DNA from: Priapulus caudatus
Lineage: Eukaryota
Direction: 5' to 3'
Assembly: GCF_000485595.1 (NCBI RefSeq)
Contig: NW_014577062.1
Coordinates: forward strand, 1,104,099-1,155,218
DNA: 51,120 nt
Made by a program: the position numbers and the translations under genes. Positions 26,541 to 38,327 of this stretch are shown piece after piece; the stretch's first letter is position 1; every line of letters begins with the position of its first letter. The notes beneath the pieces were generated by a model, which worked only from the letters and a program-made list of their open reading frames with translations, had not been told where the DNA came from and did not search any database.

Positions 26541-26700
26541 CGAATATGTGATAGATGAGTATATTGATGAATTTTTTAGATTGTCGGCAAGGAACCCCAT
26601 AGCCAGACGGACGGAGGGACGGGCGGACATGTGGATGTACGACAAGATAGTTTGGAGTAGTAACCGCAAACTAATTTTGCTCTTCTCGTATCTGTGACAG

Positions 26701-26923
26701 GGTCTTGACTAACTACGCCATATGGTTCCTCATCATGAAGATTTTGCCTCAGCTTCCAAACAAATACCAGGGCCCCTACATGGAATTCCAGAAGGTTCAG
26801 AATGGCATTCTGGCGCCAACTATACGCTGGAAGCACTGCGTGGGCTTCGTCAACGAAGCAATGGGACTGGCACTCGGCGCGCTGTTCGTACGAGAAAACT
26901 TTCCAAAGGAGAGTAAGGACACG
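26701..26923 (+). CDS. Neprilysin exon 10
   Basis: RVLTNYAIWFLIMKILPQL...RWKHCVGFVNEAMGLALGALFVRENFPKESKDT; donor GTCAGT; phase 2/0. Confidence 0.95.
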
Positions 26924-27528
26924 GTCAGTGACTTGGTATCTTGCAAGCGAGCAACCACACACGGGGTTATGTCTTCATCGAAGGCGTGAACGTTAATTAT
27001 CTGCGTAAAACAGAAACAGTTGAGCCATGCCTCATCGGAAACTCAAAAACAGCATAAACTGCGCTATTACGCATCTAAATCATACTTTTTGTTCCGGTCA
27101 AGTTTATCATATCGTGCTAATAGAGCTAATTAATTGAAGATTTTAGACGGTTGAAGCCCTGTCAGTGTCAACTAGAGTGGTGCAGCATCGTTCGAATCGC
27201 GTGCCTGCGATTGCGCTCACGCGTGCGTGGCTATACGCGATGCGAATGATTCAGTACAGTGTATAACGTACTTAAGTAGATCGATTGCACGAATAAACAG
27301 CGGTGGTGAATATTAACCGTTTTTAGATAGACAATGAATTAAGTGCGCAAAGTGATGTAACACGTTGTCGTTCGATTAGTTAATACGGCCAGCTTCACAA
27401 CGAAAACAATATTGCATTTGCCGCGGTCTCACAACGTCGGTCAACACGATCTTTGCCGCAGGCAATATGGTATATTCTTTCGCAATGCTGTCTGTTACAA
27501 TACGCATGCTGATACTCTGCTCCGGTAG

Positions 27529-27627
27529 GCTCTGGAGATGATACACAACATCCGCAGCGCGTTCAACGAGCTACTGCAAGAGAACCACTGGATGGGAGAG
27601 GACACGCGTGCTGTAGCCGAGGAGAAG
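27529..27627 (+). CDS. Neprilysin exon 11
   Basis: ALEMIHNIRSAFNELLQENHWMGEDTRAVAEEK; phase 0/0. Confidence 0.94.
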
Positions 27628-28793
27628 GTATAAGCCACGCGCGGGGGAAGCCACGTGTCGCATAATCCGGGCGCAACTAAACACGAGGAGACGATACGCA
27701 ATAAGATGCGCGAAACAAAAACAATACGTGTGCGGAGATGATCAATTGGTGAATGACGTGATAACCAAGAAAGGAAGATCACGTGAATGTGTTATGGTGA
27801 AGCGCTCTGTGTGTGACAAGATAAGGGGAGATATAGGCTACGGGGATTTGGTGTGTAGCTGGAGAGATGGCCTGGCCGCAGAAGGAAGGACGGGATGCGG
27901 AACCAGCAGAAATAGGTAGAGTATAGCAGTCGGGCGTCGGTGAAGCAAGGATGTGACAAGCAGTTGTTGAAATAATATAGGGCAGAGTGCAGCAGGCAAC
28001 GAGTGGATGGAAGACCGCCGTGGAGATTTTCAAACGAAAAATATTATTGACATGTTCGATCCCAAACACTTGATGTGCATAAAAACAAAATAAACACGCG
28101 AAAACAGACACGTACAGACAATGCTAAAATTTGTTCGTGGTATTCTACTATTTATATAGTGAATTAGCCGATCGGCCGGTGATGTTGGCATTTAAGCATG
28201 GAGTCAGTTTCAATCGGGTCGTCACGAGATTTCACACGTTTTTTTCTCAGGTCTAAAGCAAATCAAATAATGATTATGATAATTAAGATAATTTTTTCCA
28301 AAATTCTTTATTTCGCGGGTCTAGTCTTTACAATTTGCAACAATAATTTCAAGCATTATTGGTACTACTATGACATGAACACCTACCGGTTTAGCTGAGC
28401 TCACGGTCAGCCGTAACAACCAAGCGTAATGTAGATTTTAGCCGATTAGACGATGTCTATATAACATAACATCTATGATCCCAAATGAAACCCGAATGTC
28501 TACACCCGCATCGGGCTTTTATTATACATTATGCACCTGTATGCGTGTTTATTCTCATTTCATCTCTTCGCATCACGAGACGTTGCGCGTCAAGGGAAAG
28601 CACAAAGTTAAAGCAGAAAGGGAAGGCAGTTCGACCTTGATACAAACCTAGGAAAAACCCAGAAAGAACAAAGCGCAGTGATAAAGCATTTATTAGGCGC
28701 CGAGAAAAGGCAGAAAGTTTATGTAGAAAGATAAACGAGTCTATGTTGCTGCCCAGATAGAGAGAAAACATTTACGGTGATTGCTTGTTGCAG

Positions 28794-28871
28794 GCAAACG
28801 CGATGAACGAAAGAATCGGCTACCCTGACATGTTGACGAATCCAGAGGAGTTGAATGCGGAATACGAAGGG
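28794..28871 (+). CDS. Neprilysin exon 12
   Basis: ANAMNERIGYPDMLTNPEELNAEYEG; IGYPD motif. Confidence 0.95.
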
Positions 28872-28923
28872 GTACGGCACATGCACACACACGCACACGC
28901 GCACGCAAACGCACACGCACACG

Positions 28924-28977
<54 letters not shown>

Positions 28978-29507
28978 NNNNNNNNNNNNNNNNNNNNNNN
29001 NNNNNNNNNNNNNNNNNNNNNNNNNNNNNNNNNNNNNNNNNNNNNNNNNNNNNNNNNNNNNNNNNNNNNNNNNNNNNNNNNNNNNNNNNNNNNNNNNNNN
29101 NNNNNNNNNNNNNNNNNNNNNNNNNNNNNNNNNNNNNNNNNNNNNNNNNNNNNNNNNNNNNNNNNNNNNNNNNNNNNNNNNNNNNNNNNNNNNNNNNNNN
29201 NNNNNNNNNNNNNNNNNNNNNNNNNNNNNNNNNNNNNNNNNNNNNNNNNNNNNNNNNNNNNNNNNNNNNNNNNNNNNNNNNNNNNNNNNNNNNNNNNNNN
29301 NNNNNNNNNNNNNNNNNNNNNNNNNNNNNNNNNNNNNNNNNNNNNNNNNNNNNNNNNNNNNNNNNNNNNNNNNNNNNNNNNNNNNNNNNNNNNNNNNNNN
29401 NNNNNNNNNNNNNNNNNNNNNNNNNNNNNNNNNNNNNNNNNNNNNNNNNNNNNNNNNNNNNNNNNNNNNNNNNNNNNNNNNNNNNNNNNNNNNNNNNNNN
29501 NNNNNNN

Positions 29508-30200
29508 CTTTCGTCTTACCATCTGGTGACGGTGTTGTTGAAAACATCAAGTCAATTTCAGGTTTAGTCGCAGGACTTCCAGGTTTAACATCTGGAGATT
29601 TTGTGGTTTTACCATGTGGAGATTTCGTTGTTTTACCATCTGGAGATTTCGTTGTTTTACCATCTGTGGGTTCTTTCGTCTTACCATCTGGTGACGGTGT
29701 TGTTGTAAACATCAAGTCAATTTTAGGTTTAGTCGCAGGACTTCCAGGTTTAACATCTGGAGATTTTGTTGTCTTACCATCTGGAGATTTCGTTGTTTCA
29801 CCATCTGTGGGTTCTTTCGTCTTACCATCTGGTGACGGTGTTGTTGAAAACATCAAGTCAATTTTAGGTTTAGTCGCAGGACTTCCAGGTTTAACATCAG
29901 GAGATTTTGTTGTTTTACCATCTGGAGATTTCGTTGTTTTACCATCTGTGGGTCCTTTCGTCTTACCATCTGGGGACGGTGTTGTTGTAAACATCAAGTC
30001 AATTTTTGGTTTAGTCGCAGGACTTCCAGGTTTAACATCAGGAGATTTTGTTGTTTTACCATCTGGAGATTTCGTTGTTTCACCATCTGGAGATTTCGTT
30101 GTTTCACCATCTGTGGGTCCTTTCGTCTTACCATCTGGGGACGGTGTTGTTGTAAACATCAAGTCAATTTTGGGTTTAGTCGCAGGACTTTGGGGTTTGA
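29508..30200 (-). repeat. Coding minisatellite, 141/165-bp units built on 24-bp (DGKTTKSP) subunits
   Basis: CAGGACTT anchors at 29571, 29736, 29877, 30018, 30183 (spacing 165, 141, 141, 165). Confidence 0.95.
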
Positions 30201-30593
30201 CATTTGGGTCCTCTGGTAGTATGATTGTCGGAGGTGCTTCTGTTATTTGAATCGTAGATATCGGCGGAAATGTCAGCTTTGGGTCCGGCGTGCTTCGTGT
30301 ACTCTCGGGTGATATTAATGAATCTACATCCGGTCTTTCAGAAGAAGGACTTGTCGTTTTCATAATGACACGATCATCAGTGGCTGGTGATCCCCGTGTC
30401 GTTATCGCAGATGTAATAGCGAGGGGCGTAGTCGGTGATGTAGTCGTACGTATAATCGATTCAATGAGGGTGGAGTTTATCAGTACAGAGTAGATATCGA
30501 ATGGAACCTCGATACCCTCAATAATAATGCTCGTCTGAGGAATGTACAGGTCGCAGCCAAGGTCATGTAGTGGTACATCCAAGATGCTAACAC
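29508..30593 (-). CDS. Nested LRR gene exon D, 5' part (end of LRRCT + mucin-like stalk), cut by N gap
   Basis: CTGCAG acceptor, phase 1; joined to exon C it reads CYDPPLLRGVSILDVPLHDLGC (canonical LRRCT); then T/P/S-rich 47/55-aa repeats. Confidence 0.85.
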
Positions 30594-30898
30594 CTGCAGC
30601 AGTGAATGATACATATAAGTGTGTGATTACTATATATATATATAATATTATATTTATCTGGTATATATATCACAGGGGCATAAGTAATCGGAGTGCGGTG
30701 TTGTTGGTGTTGTTGATGACTAATGTTTGTTGACGCCCTCTGCTGCTACGTTATTAGGGTCCAGTCATTTACTTATCTGCAGCAATTGATCGCAAGCAAT
30801 TAAATTTCGAATAAAATTGTATAACGATAGGCGGCGATAATCCGTAATTTGGCACGATGTTCTAACGTATGTAATAACGAATGTTGGTTTTATTTCAG

Positions 30899-31002
30899 TT
30901 AAATTTGGATAGATCAAAGTTTCTCGAGAACAACTTCCGAATTTTAAAATTCGAAGCGCAAAAGACGTTACGAAAGTTGAGACAACCTGTCAACAAAGAT
31001 AG
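30899..31002 (+). CDS. Neprilysin exon 13
   Basis: TTTCAG|LNLDRSKFLENNFRILKFEAQKTLRKLRQPVNKD; phase 0/2. Confidence 0.93.
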
Positions 31003-31421
31003 GTGTGTGTTCTGTGATTACCGACATGATGGATAATATAATGTCAACAAATGAATACGGTTGTTACGAACTAAAAAAATGCATAGTTTAATTCGACTCA
31101 TAAAATGCATTTGAACAACTTTCTTAGTATTTTTTAAACTTAATTACGTGTGATGAATAAAATTATGATCATAATTCTGTGATAATCTGCATCACTACCT
31201 ATGAAACCATACGAATAATTGTTTGAACGCATGGAAAGCTTTCAATTAAGCGAAACCGAATACAACTGAAGGGCAGTGTTTGCAGTTGCATATAGCTACG
31301 GGTAATTGACATAACCACGTTCAACTGCACAAACGTGTACAAATCGGTACAGTTGTTTGCAATTGCGTGCAACTGTTTACAACTACATAGAACTGTTTAG
31401 AATTCGGCTTAACCGTTACAG

Positions 31422-31480
31422 GTGGACAACGCCACCGGCTCAGGTAAATGCATTCTACAGTCCGAACAAGAACGACATTG
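31422..31480 (+). CDS. Neprilysin exon 14
   Basis: RWTTPPAQVNAFYSPNKNDI; VNAFY substrate-binding motif; donor GTAAGT; phase 2/1. Confidence 0.95.
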
Positions 31481-31726
31481 GTAAGTTTTCATAGACATAA
31501 TTATAATTAAATCATTATAATGAACTGGTTATCTCGCGCACATGCACTATGACGTACATCATAATTCTATGAACAAAGCATTTAGCATTGATATTTAACC
31601 CATCTTTAGACGTTACACGGCCAAGAGTAACGTCAAAACAGCATAAAAGCGAATAAGCTACAATATGTATCTTCGACAAGAAATTTTCACCGGCAGTCTG
31701 CAATATCTAGGCACCATTCTATCTGT

Positions 31727-31767
<41 letters not shown>

Positions 31768-32581
31768 CAAATGTTTACCATTACAAACGTTTACAATTGC
31801 ACTGGCTTATAAAGAATGTGCATACGCATTCAACACACCATGGTTTGCACCTCCCTACTTTATATTTAACGAAGCCACGGTGTTGCCAGGATTGTTCTTC
31901 ATCATAGTTATATACACTATGTACACAGGCTAACCTTGAATTGTCGAGAATTCATTTACGCGCACGCCATTACGTATAAAACCAGTAATAAACTAGTGGG
32001 CATAAACACGTTCGTCGTTGTCCTAACCGATTCAGGTTTGACATTAATTTACGACTACATTGTCTACTGTTACATAGCTGCAAAATCTAATACTAGTATA
32101 CGCATTTTACTCTAGTTTAACCTACACAATTCGGCGAGATCAGGGTTTATTCTAAGAAAAATTTCTAACCATACAAACGATTGTAATAGTACTGTGAGGC
32201 AAGCGATCCAGGGTCACCGGAGGCGTGGAAACCTATAGGGTCCGATCTTCACTGCACAAAATTTGAATCTACATTTAACATACTACATTATAAATAGTAC
32301 ATTTTTTTATTCAGCTGCACGTTAAAATAAATCCTAGCTATGATAATTCAAAACGTTACAGTCAAACATATAATCAGATTGAGAAAAGGAAATGGGAACT
32401 ATTGAGTTTGCAGTACTGCTATAGAAGAACTATTTAAACACGGTCTCAAATTATTGGGTAATATACAAAGAACATGAGTAGTGCCAGCACATCGTCGATA
32501 TTTAGATAATATTCGTTAGCAAAAGGTCCAGCTCTTTCTCACTGATAAAATGCTATAATAAACCTTACCGCTAAAAAGGCG

Positions 32582-33374
32582 TTATGATCCAAGAAGACCA
32601 GTTACCTGGTTCTTCGCTAATGCATATATCACACACCCTCCGCCGCTGAGCGCAGCGGCTGAGAATGCTATCCTCATCACCTTGTACTCGGCCGCGATTG
32701 TCGACGCGCGGATGCAGTCCCTGTCGTCGGGCTTGGCCAGGTGAGATGTCTGATCTTTCGCCAGTGCTATCACACAGATGACGTACTTTGTGCCCGGTGT
32801 GAGATGATCGGCAACGTAGTAGCGAGCTTGCGCGCTCAGCTCATAACTCTCCACGACTTTCTTGCTTACCTCCTCCATCTCGTAAACCTTGAAGCCCCTT
32901 ATATGATCTGCTATGGCCGTCTTCACAGACCAGCCAACTGTTATGTAGTCCTGCTGACAGTCCATCTCGTAGAGGTTTATATATCCTTTAAAGTCAGGGG
33001 TGGGTGTTGGGGGCCATGTCTTCTGTGGGAAAGCGGTTGGTGTTACTGAAGAGCCCGGGCCGTCTGTTGGACGCGTTGTTTTACCACCTGGTCCTGGTGA
33101 TGATTCTGGTGTCGGAACTGTCAATTCAGTTTTAGGTTTAGTCACAGGACTTTGAGGCTTAACACCAGGAGACGCCGTCGTTTTACCACCTGGTCCTGGT
33201 GATGGTACTGGTGTCGGAACTCTCGAATCAGTTTTGGGTTTAGTTACAAGGTCATCAGGCTTGACATCTGGGGGTGACTTTGTTTTACCATCTGTGGGTC
33301 CTTTCGTCTTACCATCTGGTGACGGTGTTGTTGAAAACATCAAGTCAATTTTAGGTTTAGTCGCAGGACTTCCA
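32582..33374 (-). CDS. Nested LRR gene exon D, 3' part (end of stalk, FN3 domain, C-terminal hydrophobic segment)
   Basis: Begins mid-repeat with no acceptor; FN3 pattern ITVGW...GFKV...[14 protein letters not shown]; then [19 protein letters not shown]; stop at 32584-32582. Confidence 0.8.
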
Positions 33375-33401
33375 CGTGTGTGTATGTGTGTGCGCGCGTG
33401 T

Positions 33402-33463
<62 letters not shown>

Positions 33464-33616
33464 ACGTGTGTGTATGTGTGTGCGTGCGTGTGTATGTTTA
33501 CTTCAGCTTGTAGGTTAGTGTGAATGTTAGGTTATACTTCAATAAATCTGCGTCGTGGAGCAAACGTAGTAAATAATACACAATGCGTGATCTGTGCAGC
33601 ATTACTAAACCCTTAC

Positions 33617-33700
33617 CTCTAAGTAAAGGAGGATCATAACATGTAGCTTTCCACAGAGGGTTGCGAATTACATTGCAATCTTGCCATGTGTCTGGGTTAC
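33617..33700 (-). CDS. Nested LRR gene exon C (LRRCT)
   Basis: GNPDTWQDCNVIRNPLWKATCYDPPLLR; TAG acceptor, G|GTAAGG donor; phase 1/1. Confidence 0.85.
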
Positions 33701-33864
33701 CTATTCAATGATGGGATGGTAAAATCCGTCATCGCAGTGTAAATGCAAATACGCAATATTGTACATCTACAATTCTTTTGTATATTGGAAACTGATTGTA
33801 GTATTTATTAGTGGAAATCTCGCAAGTTGAATAATTGACTAAAACTGCACGTATAACATAATAT

Positions 33865-33951
33865 CAAGAGCCCATTACCCCCATTATTCCATGGGAACCC
33901 CCATTATCCCATTATTCCATTAACCCCCATTAAGGGGTTAATGGGCTCTTG
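33865..33951. mobile_element. 87-bp miniature TIR element, P-element-like ends
   Basis: CAAGAGCCCATTA...TAATGGGCTCTTG; 7-bp TSD ATAATAT; internal CCCATTA repeats. Confidence 0.75.
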
Positions 33952-34048
33952 ATAATATAAATGTCAATAACGATAAAGATATCGCGCCGAAACTTTTGCC
34001 GCCATTTAAAAACAGATTTACGTAAGCAGTTTTGATGTTTTGACTTAC

Positions 34049-34262
34049 CGTATCTGCGAAGATACGTCTCCATCCAAGCGCGCAGCGGGTAGATTTTACA
34101 GTTACAGTTCCACGGGTTGTCGTGTAAGTGAAGCTCAAGCAGGTTGGCATAGCGAATGCCGTTGAACAGGGCCGGGTCAATCGTCGCGAAGTTGTTCCGG
34201 GAAAGGTCGATTATTATTTGACCTCTCACGTCGTGGAACGTATTAAGCGGAAGTGATGCAAC
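34049..34262 (-). CDS. Nested LRR gene exon B (last LRRs + start of LRRCT)
   Basis: VASLPLNTFHDVRGQIIIDLSRNNF...LHLHDNPWNCNCKIYPLRAWMETYLRRY; phase 0/1; GTAAGT donor. Confidence 0.93.
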
Positions 34263-34601
34263 CTGTCAATTTTAATACATCCTTGGTCACACTACCGCGT
34301 AATGTCCTAACGTACAAATTGGTTTGCCATAAATGCCATTCGTGTAAAGAAAAAGGTGTATTTTATACAGCGATAGCTGAGAAAGGTATATTAGTAATAA
34401 TTCGACGATTTTTTTAAATAATGAGTCAGCAGAAAGTCAGTATAGACGCCTGCAGTGGTCGCACCAACTCCCCAAATCAAGCGAACAGCTAATCACAACC
34501 TTACATTTATATTAGCGCTGCTGAAAGTGAAGCTCTTTAACCTCGCGTAAGCTCAACTAGTCAAGCGAACGACTGACTACTCACAATATCGTCATACTTA
34601 C

Positions 34602-37112
34602 GCTAGTGCCGCTGAGAGTGAAGCGCTTTATGCGAGCACCACCTCCGCGCGCGGACTCGTGGTGAGACGTCTGCGCCCACCAGTATGGAATCATGGCCGC
34701 CTTGGAGACAGTCTCCACCTTTGTCCCCGTTATGTGCAGGGTGGTGAGCCGCGGGCTCAGCCTCTCGCAGGCGGGCGTCCTCAGCCTGTCGACGCTGATT
34801 TCAAGAGACAACGACTCGAGGTAGCGCAACTGGCACACGTTGCTTATGACGTTCTGGTTGAGCTGGGATATGCCGAGCATCTCGTAGACGTAGAGGTTGG
34901 TCAGTGGCAGCAGGCAGTCTTGATCAAAGCGCTGCATCGAGCCGAGGTTGTTCAGTCGCAGCACCTCTAGCTTGGACAAGCCCTGGAAGCTGCCGGGTAA
35001 GATCTCGACGATGGGGTTACCCGATAAGTCGAGTTCTCTTAAATTGGGCGTCTTCGACCACAGGTACGTTGGAACCTCAGTGAATTTATTGTGCGCCAGA
35101 TTGAGGGACAGGAGTCCATCGTGGACGACGTCGTCGGGAATCGACGTGAGCATGTTGTGTGAGAGGTCGAGCACGGTGACCCCGTTCGCGGCAAGGTTAA
35201 GACTCGGCAGAGTTGTGAGTCCAAGGCCCCCCAGGTACAGTTCTCCTACCTGTGCTCCCTCTAGGAAATCTGGCGCTAGGGTCAAACTCAGGGCAGGATT
35301 TTCCGACAGGTTGAGGACATCAAGTTTTAGTCCCGCAAACGATTTCGCAGCAATTTCTCGGATCGCGTTGTTCGATATGTTAAGGACTCTTAGATTGGGA
35401 CTGCCCGCGAAATCCCCTGCATTTATTCTAGTGATGCCGTTGTGCGATAAATCGAGAACTGACAGCGCCTGCAGCATTTCTAGCGCACCTACGGGCACGG
35501 CGCTGAATGCGTTGTTATCTAAATATAACTTAAACTGATCAGTCGACACGTTCGCCGCCATGTCGATTCCAAGCAAAGCCGAAGGATTGAGCGTCTCGAA
35601 TTTGTTATAGCTGAGCTTCAGCGTACGTACTTTTCCGGTGGTGAGAAACAGTCGGCCGGGAAGTTCGCTCAGCTTATTGTGAGAGAAGTCTACGTACTGC
35701 ATATATCTAGAGTGAGCGAACACGGAGTAGTCAACCCTTGAGATCTGATTACACTGGGCCTCGAGCGTCACGAGACGCAGGCAGGAAAAGGAAAACGGCG
35801 GAATCTTAGCGATAAAGTTGTTGTTAATCTGTATGTGAGTTATCGTCGGATTCACTGCGCGAAACACCAGCGTCGGAATATCCCAGATCTCGTTATGCGC
35901 TAGACTGATGAACTCGACTTTGATTAGGCCGAGAAAGACATCCTCCGGGATGTACTTGATTCTGTTGAAGCTGAGATCTAAGGAGCGCAGGCGTTGCATG
36001 AACGAGTAGTGACCGACCTGTACCTCCTCGATTTCGTTGTGGCTTAGGTCGAGCGCCCCGAGCTGCGGTAGATAGCCAAAAGTTTCATCCGTCACTTTAC
36101 TGATTTTGTTTCTCGCGAGATTGAGATTATCTAGCGAGTTGGACACCCAAAAGAAGAACGTCGGCTTGATGAGACGAATGCCGTTATCCTGGAAGTTGAT
36201 GGAACGCAGCCGCTTAAACCGGAATGGGAACGTGTGGTTCAGGTTCACTATGTAGTTGCGTGCCAGGTTAAGCGACTCGAGGTTCTGCAGAAACTGCAAC
36301 GACCTGAAGGGCACCGACGTCAGCGCGTTTCCGGCCAGATTCAGTCGCTTCAGTGTCTTGCCCATCGCGTAGAACGTCTTCTTGTCGATCTTGTCGACGG
36401 CGTTGTTGGCGACGCTCAGATCCTGCAGGCTGTGCAGCTTGTAGAGACCCAGGTCATTCGTCAGGTTGCGCAGTCGGTTGTTGTCTACCCTGAGCGACTT
36501 CAGCGACGAGAAGTACTGCAGCGACTTGCCGGCGCGTCGCAGCTGGTTGCCGCGCAGGTCGAGCGTCTCCAGCCGGCCGCCGAACTGCCGGAAAGCTTCG
36601 TCGTCGAGCCGGTAGAGGTCGTTGTAGCTGAGGTTGAACGTGACGAGCCCGTCGAGCGCCGACACGGAGTCGTGCGCCAGCTCGCGCAGGTGGTTGCGCG
36701 CCACGCTCAGCGTGTCCAGGTGGCGCAGTCCGCGCAGCGACGCCGTCGGAAACACCGCGAGCTGATTCTCGTCGAGCGCCAAGCCTTCGAGGTCGCTGCC
36801 GAACGTCGCCGCGCCGACGTCGCGGATCTGGCTTCCGGAGAGACTGATGCGTCGCGCATGCGTCGTGATCGTCGTCTGATCGACGTGCTCCACGTCGCCG
36901 TACTGTATGTGCAGCGGCAGCCGCGTCTCGGGCAGGCCGCGCAGGGCGTCGGCGACGTCGTAGATGTTACCCTCGCAGAGAAGTACGGAGCTGCCGCAGC
37001 TGCAGGGCGGCGACTGTATGCGGCCGCCGTCGCATGTCGCCTCGAGCGCGTCGCTGCGGCCGCCGCACAGCGCGAGGCACAGTGTGAGGAGAAAAATGCA
37101 GGCTCCTTTCAT
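34602..37112 (-). CDS. Nested LRR cell-surface protein, coding exon A (signal peptide, LRRNT, most LRRs; chaoptin-like)
   Basis: 837 codons from MKGACIFLLTLCLALCGGRSDA (signal peptide); Cys-rich N-cap; repeated LxxLxLxxN units; acceptor TTTGCAG 7 nt before the ATG; donor AGC|GTAAGT at 34601. Confidence 0.93.
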
Positions 37113-37377
37113 CTTCTTACTGCAAACAAAGCGAAAAGAGAAAAAAAGAGGAGCGGAATTAACGCGACAGAAAAGACGGACGAACGACGGGGGCGGTATT
37201 GTCGCGAAACAATGCGAACGAGATCGACACGCTCTGTGAATTAGCAGTTTAATGCTAATTGCGTCTGAACAAAGCATGCAAGAATGCTCACGTATGCGCG
37301 TATCCATACGCCCACACGCCAACATGCCACACCACACCACATGTTTTGGCAAATATGCACTTACGCACGAATGCACA

Positions 37378-37620
37378 CATCCACCTACTTACTCACGTAT
37401 GCACGAACACATGCACGCACGCATGCACGTATCCACCTACTCACTCACGTATGCACGAACACATGGACGCACGCATGCACACATCCACCTACTCACTCAC
37501 GTATGTACGAACACATGCACGCACGCATGCACGTATCCACCTACTCACTCACGTATGTACGAACACATGGACGCACGCACGCACGTATCCACCTACTCAC
37601 TCACGTATGCACGAACACCT
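37378..37620. repeat. ~52-56-bp minisatellite
   Basis: ATCCACCTACTCACTCACGTATGCACGAACACATG repeated 5 times. Confidence 0.9.
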
Positions 37621-37641
37621 GACGCACGCACGCACACAAAA

Positions 37642-38076
37642 GCACTTGAAACGTTTCAATAAAATATAATTCTAACTAAATACGAAATCTATTTACTACC
37701 AAATTCTTAATGTTTCTATACTCTCTTTCACCTATTATTGCTATTGCCGACAGTTTCCTGTCAATTCCGTCCAAATCCTACGTGCAACCATATACGCTGC
37801 CGGCGACATTGCTCTCGCGGCTCCACTGTTGCACGCTTACACTAATATATATAGTAGTGTACACACTAGTAGCTATATACTATATATATTAGTGTAAGCG
37901 TGCAACAGTGGAGCCGCGAGAGCAATGGCGCTGGCAGCGTATATTGTTGCACGTAGGATTTGACAGGAAACTGTCGGCAATAATAGGTGAAAGAGAGTAT
38001 AGAAACATTAAGAATTTGGTAGTAAATAGATTTCGTATTTAGTTAGCATTATATTTTACTGAAACGCTTCAAGTGC
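37642..38076. repeat. Long imperfect palindrome (~200-bp arms, ~21-bp spacer)
   Basis: GCACTTGAA...TATATAGTA / TACTATATA...TTCAAGTGC with a few substitutions and small indels. Confidence 0.92.
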
Positions 38077-38327
38077 CTGTGCACGCACGCATCCCCCTAC
38101 TCAGTCTCGTATGTACACAGACGCGGGCCCATGCACCCACTCACGTTCTTGCGCGCGCTCCTACGCACAAGATGACCAAAACAATAAAAAGAAATATGAT
38201 TATGAAGTAATGAACAGCTTAAATTAACTACGAGCCCAAACATCCTACCACAGCTCCTCAGTATAGCTTACATTGTTCATACGTCTACTCTGCCATCGGT
38301 CCCGAACTGAAATAATACTATCTGCAG

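Noticed and set aside
29603..30250. + strand 215-aa repeat ORF (GDFVVLPS)
   Set aside because: Antisense shadow of the coding stalk repeats.
29508..33374. Simple inversion between flanking (CA)n and (TG)n tracts as the cause of the exon scramble
   Set aside because: Neprilysin exons 13-14 and both LRR pieces keep their correct strands; only the order is wrong.
36234..37244. + strand 336-aa ORF
   Set aside because: Antisense shadow of the GC-rich LRR exon; no independent motifs.
37113..37376. N-terminal 88-aa extension of the 931-aa LRR ORF
   Set aside because: It precedes a clear polypyrimidine/AG acceptor and the signal-peptide Met at 37112, so it is intronic.
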